A DNA stretch of 64,000 nucleotides from Mobula hypostoma (taxonomy: Eukaryota). The stretch lies in contig NC_086097.1 in the NCBI RefSeq assembly GCF_963921235.1, positions 45,014,001 to 45,078,000 on the forward strand. Reading direction: 5' to 3'. The position numbers were made by a program, and so were the translations under genes. The notes under the pieces are model-generated. The model was given only the letters and a program-made list of their open reading frames with translations. It did no database searches and had not been told where the DNA came from. Shown in pieces: positions 1 to 10,417 of the stretch (its first letter is position 1; each line of letters starts with the position of its first letter).

Positions 1-1320
1 GGCCTTTCTCCAATTTAGTATCTCAACCCACAGACCAGACCTACCTTTTTGCATATTTACTTTGAAACTAATGGCATTGTTGCCAGTGGATGCAAAGTGT
101 TCCCTTACGCAAACTTCTGACATCTACCCTGTCATCTGACAAACTGTCAACCATCTTACCAACATCCGCCTCCACAACCTCTCCACTAACCGTTCTGGCA
201 CTCTGGTTCCCATTCCCCTGCAACTTTAGTTTAAACCCCACCATGCAGCATTAGGAATTTAGTCCCGCTCCAGCTCAGGTGTAAACCATCCCTTTTGTAG
301 AGGTCCCACCTTCCCTGGAAGAGAGCCCAGTGATCTAAAAATCTTATACTCTTCCTCCTATACCAACCCCTTAACCACGTGTTGAACAGCATAATCTTCT
401 GAGTTCTGGCCTCACTAACACATGGCACGGGTAGCAATTCTGAGATCACAACACTGGAGGTCCCACTCTTTAACTTAGCACCTAACTCCCTGAACTCCCT
501 CTGCAGAACCTCATCATTCATCCTACCCATGTCATTGGTACCTAGGTGGACCACGACATCTGGCTGTTCACCCTCCTACTTATGAATGCTGAGGACTCAA
601 TCCGAGATGATCCGGACCCTGGCACCTGGAAGGCAACATACCATCTGGGAATCTCTTTCTCACCTAAAGAACCTCCTGTCCATTCCCATAACTAACGAAT
701 CCCTTATCACCCCCCCATAGTGCGCCTCTTCTGCCCCCTTCCCTTCTAAGTCACAGAGGCAGACTCAGTGCCAGAGACCTGACCACGGTGACTTCCCCCT
801 GTTAGGTCATTTCCCCGCCCCACACCCCCACAACAGTATCCAAAGTGTTGTTGAGGGGGATGGCCACAGGTGTACTCTGCACTGGCTCCTTAACCACTTT
901 CACCTTCCTGACTGTCAACCAGTTTCCTGTGTCCTGCACCTTGGGTGTTACTACTTTTCTATATGTCCTATCTATCACCCCTTATGCCTCCTGAATGATC
1001 TGGAGTTCATCCAGTTTCAGCTCCATCTCCTTAACATGCACTGTTAGAAGCTGCGGCTGGATGCACTGCTTGAAGTTGTAGTCATCAGGGACACTGGAGG
1101 TCTCCCTGCCTTCCCATATCCTGCAAGAGCAGCATTCCACTATCCTGCCTGGCATCTCTACTGTCCTAACTAAGCAGTGTAATGAAGGGAAGGGAAACAA
1201 TTTTACCTACTGCTTTTCTTTTTTTGCCTTCTCTGAAGCTTCGAAGACCTAAAGCCTTACCACTCTAACTCTGTCCACTCAGACTATGGCCGCTGCGCTT
1301 GCTCCGCTTTACTTTAAATT
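1..1320 (-). mobile_element. CR1 LINE 5' portion: 5'UTR, ORF1 (zinc finger/coiled coil plus SGNH esterase) and internally deleted ORF2 remnants
   Basis: ORF 982-1200 has CCSC..W..DDY...C..QLL..VKEMELKLDEL (CR1 ORF1 N-terminus). ORF 231-554 has VHLGTND and DGLHL (SGNH esterase blocks). Both are disrupted. Confidence 0.85.
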
Positions 1321-1348
1321 GCTCTTGTTAATCAATCCCAAACGCAAC

Positions 1349-1590
1349 TGGTCACTGGTCAGAGCTCAAGTAAGCTGCCGTGATCTGCTGCTGTCTTTTT
1401 CTACTCGGGCAATAGACCGGAGTGAAATCCCCTCCGTGCAAACTTCTGATGTCCAGACTGATTACTGGTCAGAGCTCAAATGAGCTACCACAATCCACCG
1501 GTGTCTTTATCTACTTGGGCAGTGGACCTGAGTGAAATCCCCTCCTCACAAACTTCTGATGTTCGGATTGGTCACTGGTCAGCACTCAAA
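1349..1590. repeat. 110-bp tandem repeat (about 2.2 copies) immediately upstream of the CR1 5'UTR
   Basis: ACTGGTCAG(A/C)(G/A)CTCAA recurs at 1354, 1464 and 1574. GAGTGAAATCCCCTCC..CAAACTTCTGATGT occurs twice. Confidence 0.85.
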
Positions 1591-2344
1591 AATTAAACCT
1601 TTCTTATGCAAAATCACTCTTTTTAAGTTTAAAAACTGGCACCCTTAAAATTGTAAAAAGGATGTGAAATAACATGCAGTTCTGCCATTGTAGTTGTCTG
1701 CATACAAGTGGTTAAAATCATAATGGTTTTGCATGTCCTCTGGCCAAATACTTATTAGGTAGTTCACAAACTCCATGCTACACATACATCAGATTTCAAT
1801 GCAGCAGAAGCTGAAATCTATCAAAAAGGAGTATGGAACTTTACATGCAAAAATTATTTCTGCAGGCCAACTATTTTCTGCTGATGATTAAAAAAAATTT
1901 ATGAAAACTTGTGCAGTATATTACTGATGGTTCTCAGTATGAACTGTAATTTGATTACAAAAATCAATACACTGAGTATTTAAAAGGAAGTTTATGAGAC
2001 TGCAACTATTCTTCCTTTTGCTCAATACATGACCAATTTTAAATATGAGAAAGGACAAATGCCTAATTTGATTGCTCAAGATTTAATATTCCACATGCTG
2101 TAATTTACAACACATTTGAAAGCAGCATTCAATTTGCCATGTAATTCATTTAACGCCCAATAATCTGCACATTCAGGACTTCGATGGTGCCATATTGACA
2201 AATTTTCTGTAGTACTGAACACTACTCTCATACAATTTGCCATATTGTTGCCTAGGATGGAGTGTTTCAGTTGTAAGGAGAGACTGAAAGGCTTTGTCAG
2301 TTATCCCTGCAGTGGAAGAGGTTAAGAGGGGACATGATTGAAGT

Positions 2345-2915
2345 AACACACACAAAATGCTGGAGGAACTCAGCAGGCCAGCAGCATTTATGGAAATGAA
2401 TAAACAGTCAACATTTCAGGCTGAGACCCTTCACCAGGACTGGAAAGGAAGGGGGAAGATGCCAGAATAGGAAGTTGGGGGTATGGAAGAAAGACATACT
2501 AGAAGGTGATAGGTGAAGCCAGGTGGGTGGGGAAGGGGTGGGAGAAGTAAAAGCTGGTAGGTGATAGGTGGAAAAGGCAAAGGGCTGGAGAAGAAAGTAT
2601 CTGATAAGAGAGAGGAGAGTGGACCAAGAGAGAAAGGGAAGGAGGACAGGTACCATGGGGAGGTGATAGGCAGGTGAGAAGAGGTAAGAGGTCAGAATAG
2701 GGAACAGAAGGGATGTGGAAGGGAAAAAAATAAATTACCGGACGTTGGAGAAATTACTGAACATTGGAGAAATCCTGCATTAGGTTGGAGTTTACCTAGA
2801 TAGAATATGAGGTGTTGTTCCTTCAAACTGAGGGTGACCTCAGAACAGGAGGCAGGAGGGAGATTAATGGGGAGGGATGAATGGAGAAGAGAGTCACAGA
2901 GGGAGTGATCCCTGT
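2345..2915 (-). mobile_element. Degraded Penelope-like element 3' fragment with a degenerate hammerhead motif
   Basis: Begins with the pLTR sequence aacacacacaaaatgctggaggaactcagcagg. The minus strand reads CAGTC-CTGGTGA-AGGGTCTCAGCCT-GAAA-TGTT-GACTG. Downstream sequence resembles the GIY-YIG C-terminal region of the 8672-10417 copy. Confidence 0.75.
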
Positions 2916-3499
2916 GGTAAAGGTAAAGGAGTTCTAAAATGCAGATACAATTCCAATCAACTAGAAAGACACACTAAAGATGAAAATGAACAAATCAACC
3001 ATTGCAGAAACCAAAGCCAGGGGAATGGATTCTACTTCATCCCATGTTTCTTTCAGATTTTTTGATGTTCCTTACCCCATTCCTAATAAGCCTGAATTTC
3101 TCTCTACATTTATATAATTTTTCTTCCATTTGGGTGACTTCACATGTATATTTCCTCAGATACCCTTTTAACATAAAAGGTCTAAAAGCCCATTTTAGAG
3201 ACAGAGATCTCAATTAGTGCTGTGAAGTTAACTTTTTGAGTGCATAAAACTCCCAACTATAAACACATCCATTATTGATATGCCGAGTGGTATTATCCAA
3301 CTGGCCTGCAAGCTTCCTTGAACTCAGCTTATCTGTTTTGAAACAAGCCAAATTAAACAACCCATTGTCTTATATTACACTCCTGAGCGCAGTTAGCCTC
3401 ATTGAATGAGCCAGCAAGCCTGAGCTATATATTTGCAAATCTGCACTATAGAGAGTGATTGTTCAGCTTCAAGCTGATTACTGCTTGCCATTTACAAGG

Positions 3500-3726
3500 A
3501 GGAGGAGGAGGAGGAGAAGAAGGCGGCCCTTAACTCCGAGAGGAGTCATCGGGACGCTGTCATGACAGTGTTTTTTAAGCAGGCTTTCTTATTTTTACAA
3601 GGCCGAGTTGCTAGCTCAATGCTCAACCCAGCACGGATGGAAAGCGTGCAAGGGAGCCGGCAGGATTCGAACTCAGGAGCCTTCGGTCCAAAGTCCGGCG
3701 CTGATGCCACTACACCACCAGCTGGC
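3500..3726 (-). mobile_element. tRNA-derived SINE with a (CTT/CCT)n tail
   Basis: Minus strand A-box TGGTGTAGTGG (3717-3707) and B-box GAGTTCGAATC (3674-3664) at tRNA-like spacing, then a ~130-bp body and a simple-repeat tail. Confidence 0.8.
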
Positions 3727-3934
3727 TGAAAAACTGAAGACTGACTCATTTTTATGACCAAAGGAAAAAGGCAGCAATATTAGTTGGAAGTTTACTTACA
3801 TCTGTTTGTGACTTTACAAGTGGCAGCTGCTGTGTTTAGAAAGTGAGCTTTGTCATAAAAGCAAGGGGCTCACTGGCTAAGAAGACAATATCCATCACAG
3901 ATGAAAGAGATTTAAAGAGGATCTTAGAGACACC

Positions 3935-4150
3935 ACTTCACCCAGAGTGATTAATACCTGGAAACACTATCTATAGGAGTAGTGGAAACAGAATCACAAA
4001 TAGTATTTAAGAAATGTGGAAATGAGCACTTAAATCACCAAGGCATATAAGGCTATGGGCCAAGTGCTGGAAGATGGGGATAATACAGATGGATCCCCAA
4101 CGTTCAGTATAGACATGGTGAGCAAGATGGACTGTTTCCACGCTGTAAAA
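3935..4150 (+). mobile_element. Old CR1 3' end fragment
   Basis: ttcacccagagtg...tatttaag...ggctatgggccaagtgctgg...ggactgtttccacgctgta resembles the other CR1 3' ends in this window. Confidence 0.6.
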
Positions 4151-4477
4151 GAACAGTGTAATGGTATACTTGTGACAGTAAACTCCATTTTGATTTAAGC
4201 TAGATGAGTTTAACATCTAGTTAAACAGGAAACAGAGCCCAAGTGATCTTATAAGGAGTGTACTAATGGGCCCCAGCAAACTTAAACAAAGCATGTGAAA
4301 GAGAATATAGGCCAGATGCTCAGCCATCAGATTTTCAAACACTCATATACCAGATTATTGGAGATTTACTGTATAAGGAAAAAATGAAAATGTGGAAGCT
4401 ACTCCAAAGTGCTCTGAATGTTAATGTAAGTTAAAAAAAAAATTAAATAGCCTCAAAAGTAATCATAGGAATCATGA

Positions 4478-4698
4478 ACACGAGGAGATCTGCAGATGCT
4501 GGAATTTCAAGCAACACACATAAAAATATTGCTGGTGAACGCAGCAGGCCAGGCAGCATCTCTAGGAAGAGGTACAGTCAACGTTTTGGGCCCAAACCCT
4601 CCATCAGACGAAGGGTCTCAGCCCGAAACGTCAACTGTACCTCTTCCCAGAGATGCTGCCTGGCCTGCTGCGTTCACCAGCAACTTTTATGTGTGTCG
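4478..4698 (-). mobile_element. Fold-back (palindromic) Penelope pLTR mini-insertion with a perfect 13-bp TSD
   Basis: TSD ATAGGAATCATGA at 4465-4477 and 4699-4711. Inverted arms ~4514-4607 and ~4605-4696. An unpaired pLTR tail spans 4478-4513. Same subfamily sequence as 8672-8770. Confidence 0.9.
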
Positions 4699-4814
4699 AT
4701 AGGAATCATGAGACAGGTTAACCTATTGCTCCAATGCAGGCAGCACATAGTCCAGTGCATAGACCCTCCAAAAGCATCTCCAAAGTAAACCATGACTGTC
4801 AATACCAAGAGTCA

Positions 4815-4960
4815 CAACACGCTGGAGGAACTCAGCAGGTCGGGCAGCATCCGGCCCGAAACGTTGACTGATCATTTCCATGGATGCTGCCCGACCTGCT
4901 GAGTTCCTCCAACGTGTTGTGAGTATTGCTTTGACCCCAGCATCTGCAGATTATTTTGTG
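4815..4960 (+). mobile_element. Second fold-back Penelope pLTR mini-insertion with a 14-bp TSD
   Basis: TSD AATACCA(A/G)GAGTCA at 4801-4814 and 4961-4974. 41-bp inverted arms 4812-4852 and 4882-4922 (1 mismatch). Hammerhead 3' half GGCCC-GAAA-C-GTT-GACTG at 4853-4870. Confidence 0.9.
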
Positions 4961-5609
4961 AATACCAGGAGTCAGTTCCTCGTGTCCTGTATACATTGCC
5001 TGAGATGTTTTGATGACTCACACCAGTGGTAGGAACATATCCCACCAACTACATTACTTGCCTCAGACTTTGTTCAATGCAGCAATGTCTCCTTCCAATA
5101 TTCTACCTCACTAACAACAATTAAAGGTTCATTCCTGACATTCTGATTTATATCATACTTAGAGGCTTAGCATTTTTGCAAGACTTACACCAACATGTCA
5201 CTGCTTTCAAACACCACATACATACACTAATAAACACACAACCAAGCACATTTCACCCTTAGGCATGCACACTATTCATTGACATATTTCTCTCTTTTGT
5301 CCAAAAACAGCACACAATAACCTTTCTCTCATGGAACAGTTGTTGTTGTCAATCTGAGACCACAGGAGTCTGCAGTCAGCTGCGGGAGTAAGTTGGAGGT
5401 GGGGAAGAAAGGTAACAGTGAAGGAGACATACTTGCCATCTCATCCAATAGGTTCTTCTCTCTTACTGGCTGGCAATGGTAGGCAAATCTCAAGTAGCAT
5501 GAAACAGACATGGCATCAGTCTTTTAATTGACTTGGCACAAAACCTGCAGCCTAGCTTTTCCACAATGGAAATGGTAATCAAAAGGTTTCGATATCTATA
5601 GACCCACTA

Positions 5610-6610
5610 TAATGAAGCATTCAGTAAAGATAAGTGGCAACTCCTCCACTATCATTATCCCCAACATTGTTGCCCCACAAGGCTATGTTCTCAGCCTCCT
5701 GCACTACTCCCCATTCATTCATGACTGCATGGCTAAATTCTGCTCTATCTCCATCTACAAATTTGCAGATGATAGCATCGTAGTGGGATCCATCTCAAAT
5801 AAGGACAAGTTGGAGTAAAGGAAGGAGACAGATAGCTTGGTGTCATGACGACAACCTTTCCTTCAATGTCAAAAAATCACAACACCTTGTTATTGACTTC
5901 AGGAAAGAGTGCATGCAGTGCACTTGCTGTTTACATCAATAATGTTGAGATTGAGAGGACTAAGGGCTTCAAGTTCCTAGGAATGGACATCGCCAACAAC
6001 CTGTCCTGATCCAACCATATTCATTTAATGGTCAAGAAAGCTCACCAATGCCTCTACTTCCTCAGGAGGCTAAAGAAATCTGGCACATCAACTCATCCGT
6101 TCATTATCTTAGAGAACATTCTACCTCGATGAATAATGGCTTGATATAACAACTGCTGTGCATGTGACTGTAAGAACTTCACAGAAACCAGCCTCCTCAC
6201 TACAGACTCTTGCCTATACCTTTCGCTGTCTCAGTAAAACATCCAGCATTATCAAAGACCCATCCCACCCCAGACATACTTTCTTCTCCCCTCTCCCATT
6301 GGGCAGAAGATACAAACACATGAAAGCCTGTACCACCAAGTTCAAAGACAGCTTCTATCCTGCTGATATCAGACTCTTGAAAGGACAATCTCTATGATAA
6401 AATGGACTACTGACCTCACAATCTATATTTTTAATGTCTTGCATCTTTCAGCCTACATGCGCTATAACTGTAACACATTATTCAGCATTCTGGTATCACT
6501 TTCCTTTGTATTACCCAAATGAACTGATGTGATGAAATGAAGAGTACGGATGCAATGCAAAACAAGATCTTCCCTATACCTTGGTACGTGTGATAATAAT
6601 AATACAATTT
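5610..6610 (+). mobile_element. Rex1/Babar-like LINE, 5'-truncated and degraded
   Basis: APQGYVLS..HDC..KFADD RT motifs (5612-5818) and the C-terminal IIKDPSHP.H..FSPLP.GRRY motif (6158-6397). Confidence 0.8.
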
Positions 6611-7269
6611 ACTAATCTGTATCTCAAGCAGGAGGTGTCTGATATTTGAGTATGGAAGTGGAAATACAAACTATACAGGCTGTAGTTGCAACAAAGTAAA
6701 CTAAGTCTACTGACAATATGACCGTGTATATTTTACTTGAAGAATATTTGTGGCAGTTCTGCAATCTATTTTACCAGAAGTACCAAGGTTCAGATAGGGG
6801 ATGAGTGACAACGGTTTTACTCAATCACATTTTGCATTTGCAAAACACTTTTTGTATAAAGGAATCCCACATAATAGCCACAATTATTAGGTAGCTACCA
6901 TTTGGTTTGACCTAATGACTTAATTCATTGACACAGCAGACTCCTAGAAAACAAAGGCAGTGTGACTGCTACGAGGACACCTATGCTGATCTGCATGATC
7001 GGCGTATAATCACTATCTAGACACTGACAGAAAATAGAATCTCTTGTAGTTGTGGTAGATCACTAAAGTAAGACATCAACATCATCTGGATGATACACAT
7101 TTAGTGATTGTCAGTCCTCACAGTGGGAAAATCTGGATTCTAATGGAGCCATGCCTTACATTCAGGCAAAAGAGAATGAAGAGCACTGAGTTCCCTGGGA
7201 AAATAGCATTAGAGACAACCGTTATGTGACAACAAATAGCTAGTTACGAAATGTTGAAAACATCTCCTC

Positions 7270-7680
7270 TTCCAGCAGAGCTACTAACCCTCCCCACCTC
7301 TATTTCCCTAATGAGGACTGGCTCATGGACCTCCATCTTCTTCCTCCTGTGGTTGATAATCAGCCCTTTGGTTTTGTTGACGTTGAGTGAGGGGTTATTG
7401 TTGTGGTACCACTCAATCAGATTTTCAACCTCCCTTCCATGTGCTGATTCATTACCAACTTTGATTTGGCCAATGACAGTAGTGTCATCAGCAAACTTAA
7501 ATAGGGCACTGGAACTGTACTTAGCTACACAATTATAAGTATAATGTGAATTGAGCAGGGTTATAAGCATGTAGCCCTGCAGTACACCTATATTGATGGT
7601 GAATGTGGAGGAGATATTGTTGGCAATCCATGTTAACTGGGTTCTGCAAGAGAGGAAATCTAGGGTCCAGGGTCCAGTTG
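7270..7680 (-). mobile_element. Rex1/Babar-like LINE RT fragment
   Basis: ORF 7244-7729 contains GVLQGY..KFADDTTVIG..LNVNKTK. Confidence 0.8.
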
Positions 7681-8731
7681 CACACATTAGCACCATCCGT
7701 GAATCTTCATGAAACAGTACCATCTGCAACTAATTTGTGGGTGTATGATGATCTATTTTAAATAATGGTGGAAGTCCTTCCTGCTGCAGTTCAGCTGTAA
7801 AGGATTGATAGAGTGCATTAACTGGAGTGCTAAGCTCCAATTTAACACCACTAGCATAAAAAGAGCGACACGCTAATGTCAAGATCTACCATCAGTATAC
7901 TCCCAGCAATTTTAGAAATGAGCAAATCATTATTGCACTGGAAACACACCATATAACAACATTGCGATCAATTTTGTGCACATAGCTGCCAAACATGGTC
8001 ACTGTGTAGCCAGATGTTATGGCCTGGGTCTCTTCACTGACTTGTAATACAGTAGTGCAACTCATTCCTAAGCATTTTCCAACGTGATCCATCAGTGCTT
8101 CATTTGCAGGGAGCAACAAAATGTGTTCTGAATATGCTATTCCTCTCAAATAAAGATTGAGACCATGGAAATCAATCAGTTCTACATTAAAAATTCTTAA
8201 TGTTTGACAGAAGTGTTGATTATTATACCCATGTAATTACTGAAATATGATTGAATGTTAAAGAATGACACAGATATAGTTTTCTGATAATATTCAGATA
8301 TTTGCAAACTTCCAAATACATTTGAACAAGTACCCCACTGTCCTAATAGCAGTTTTGAGGATACAACTATGCAACATACACAGAAAATTTCTGTGAATAT
8401 TACATAGATGTATCCTCAAGACAGATCTTACAACATATTTTCATAATGTTATTCATTGTCAAGTATAACTATATTAATTATTTATATGAATAGCTACCAA
8501 TTTCCATTGTATTCCCACTGGCATTGATAATCATCAATGAGAACGATATAGAGGGATAGTGATATCAGAGAAGGATAAGCTAATATTGTAGAGCATGTTG
8601 ATATCAAGAAGGAGTTATTGGGTTCTTTGAAGAACATTAAGATGGATAAAATGGAATAAGAAAATAAGAGCAACATACATCAAAGTTGCTGGTGAACGCA
8701 GCAGGCCAGGCAGCATCTATAGGAAGAGGCG

Positions 8732-8769
8732 CAGTCGACGTTTCAGGCCGAGACCCTTCGTCAGGACTA
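8732..8769 (-). ncRNA. Minimal type I hammerhead ribozyme motif in the Penelope pLTR
   Basis: The minus strand reads UAGUC CUGACGA AGGGUCUCGGCCU GAAA C GUC GACUG. This gives an intact CUGANGA/GAAA core, a GUC cleavage triplet, 5-bp stem I (UAGUC/GACUG), a short stem II, and palindromic ACGU in place of stem III. Confidence 0.75.
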
Positions 8770-9064
8770 ACTGAAGGAAGAGTGAGTAAGGGACTTGAAA
8801 GCTGGAGGGGGAGGGGGAGATGCAAAATGATAGGAGAAGACAGGAGGGGGAGGGATGGAGCCGAGGGCTGGACAAGTGATAGGCAGAAGGGGATACGAGA
8901 GGATCATGGGACAGGAGGTCCGGGAAGAAAGACGGGGGGCGGGGAGTGACCCAGACGATGGGCAAGAGGTATATTCAGAGGGACAGAAGGAGAAAAAGGA
9001 GAGTGAGAGAAAGAATGTGTGCATAAAAAAGAGTAACAGATGGGGTACGAGGGGGAGGTGGGGC

Positions 9065-10417
9065 CTAGCGGAAGTTAGAGAAGTCAATGTTCATGCCATC
9101 AGGTTGGAGGCTACCCATACGGAATATAAGGTGTTGTTCCTCCAACCTGAGTGTGGCTTCATCTTTACAGTAGAGGAGGCCGTGGATAGACATGTCAGAA
9201 TGGGAATGGGATGTGGAATTAAAATGTGTGGCCACTGGGAGATCCTGCTTTCTCTGGCGGACAGAGCGTAGATGTTCAGCAAAGCGGTCTCCCAGTCTGC
9301 GTCGGGTCTCACCAATATATAAAAGGCCACATCGGGAGCACCGGACGCAGTATATCACCCCAGTCGACTCACAGGTGAAGTGATGCCTCACCTGGAAGGA
9401 CTGTTTGGGGCCCTGAATGGTGGTAAGGGAGGAAGTGTAAGGGCATGTGTAGCACTTGTTCCGCTTACACGGATAAGTGCCAGGAGGGAGATCAGTGGGG
9501 AGGGATGGGGGGGACGAATGGACAAGGGAGTTGTGTAGGGAGCGATCCCTGCGGAATGCAGAGAGAGGGGGGGAGGGAAAGATATGCTTAGTGGTGGGAT
9601 CCCGTTGGAGGTGGCGGAAGTTACGGAGAATAGTATGTTGGACCCGGAGGCTGGTGGGGTGGTAGGTGAGGACCAGGGGAACCCTATTCCTAATGGGGTG
9701 GTGGGAGGATGGAGTGAGAGCAGATGTACGTGAAATGGGGGAGATGCGTTTAAGAGCAGAGTTGATAGTGGAGGAAGGGAAGCCCCTTTCTTTAAAAAAT
9801 GAAGACATCTCCCTCGTCCTAGAATGAAAAGCCTCATCCTGAGAGCAGATGCGGCGGAGACGGAGGAATTGCGAGAAGGGGATGGCAAGAGACAGGGTGA
9901 GAAGAGGAATAGTCCAGATAGCTGTGAGAGTCAGTAGGCTTATAGTAGACATCAGTGGATAAACTGTCTCCAGAGACAGAGACAGAAAGATCTAGAAAGG
10001 GGAGGGAGGTGTCGGAAATGGACCAGGTAAACTTGAGGGCAGGGTGAAAGTTGGAGGCAAAGTTAATAAAGTCAACGAGTTCTGCATGCGTGCAGGAAGC
10101 AGCGCCAATGCAGTCGTCGATGTAGCGAAGGAAAAGTGGGGGACAGATACCAGAATAGGCACGGAACATAGATTGTTCCACAAACCCAACAAAAAGGCAG
10201 GCATAGCTAGGACCCATACGGGTGCCCATAGCTACACCTTTAGTTTGGAGGAAATGGGAGGAGCAAAAGGAGAAATTATTAAGAGTAAGGACTAATTCTG
10301 CTAGACGGAGCAGAGTGGTGGTAGAGGGGAACTGATTAGGTCTGGAATCCAAAAAGAAGCGTAGAGCTTTGAGACCTTCCTGATGGGGGATGGAAGTATA
10401 TAGGGACTGGACATCCA
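9065..10417 (-). pseudogene. Penelope RT + GIY-YIG polyprotein, 5'-truncated and frameshifted
   Basis: ORFs 9834-10352 (RT) and 9065-9952 (linker and GIY-YIG) lie in different frames, with a small deletion after SSSHP. Confidence 0.88.

Larger units (their letters stand above)
8672..10417 (-). mobile_element. Penelope-like retroelement (Neptune-type), 5'-truncated, inserted into the 3' tail of a CR1
   Basis: RT motifs DVQSLYTSIP, GVAMGTRMGPSYA and RYIDD, a Cys-rich linker CKRNKCYTC, and a GIY-YIG endonuclease (VIYC..C..C..LYIGET). 3' pLTR at 8672-8780. The CR1 tail ataagaaaata(a/g)gagca is split around it. Confidence 0.92.

Noticed and set aside
231..554. SGNH esterase as a captured host or novel gene (also 18096-18600 and 44316-44543)
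   Set aside because: The esterase is a known component of CR1 ORF1, and all copies are disrupted and in LINE context.
3650..3726. Possible tRNA gene
   Set aside because: A and B boxes are present, but I could not form a convincing cloverleaf, and it continues into a SINE body and tail.
3800..3829. Possible minus-strand micro-exon (cacag|...gat|gtaagt) as exon 2 of the host gene
   Set aside because: Splicing to ATG AG| gives an in-frame TAA within five codons, and there is no other support.
7892..8149. 85-aa ORF in non-repetitive DNA
   Set aside because: Non-ATG start, no recognisable domain and no convincing splice signals.
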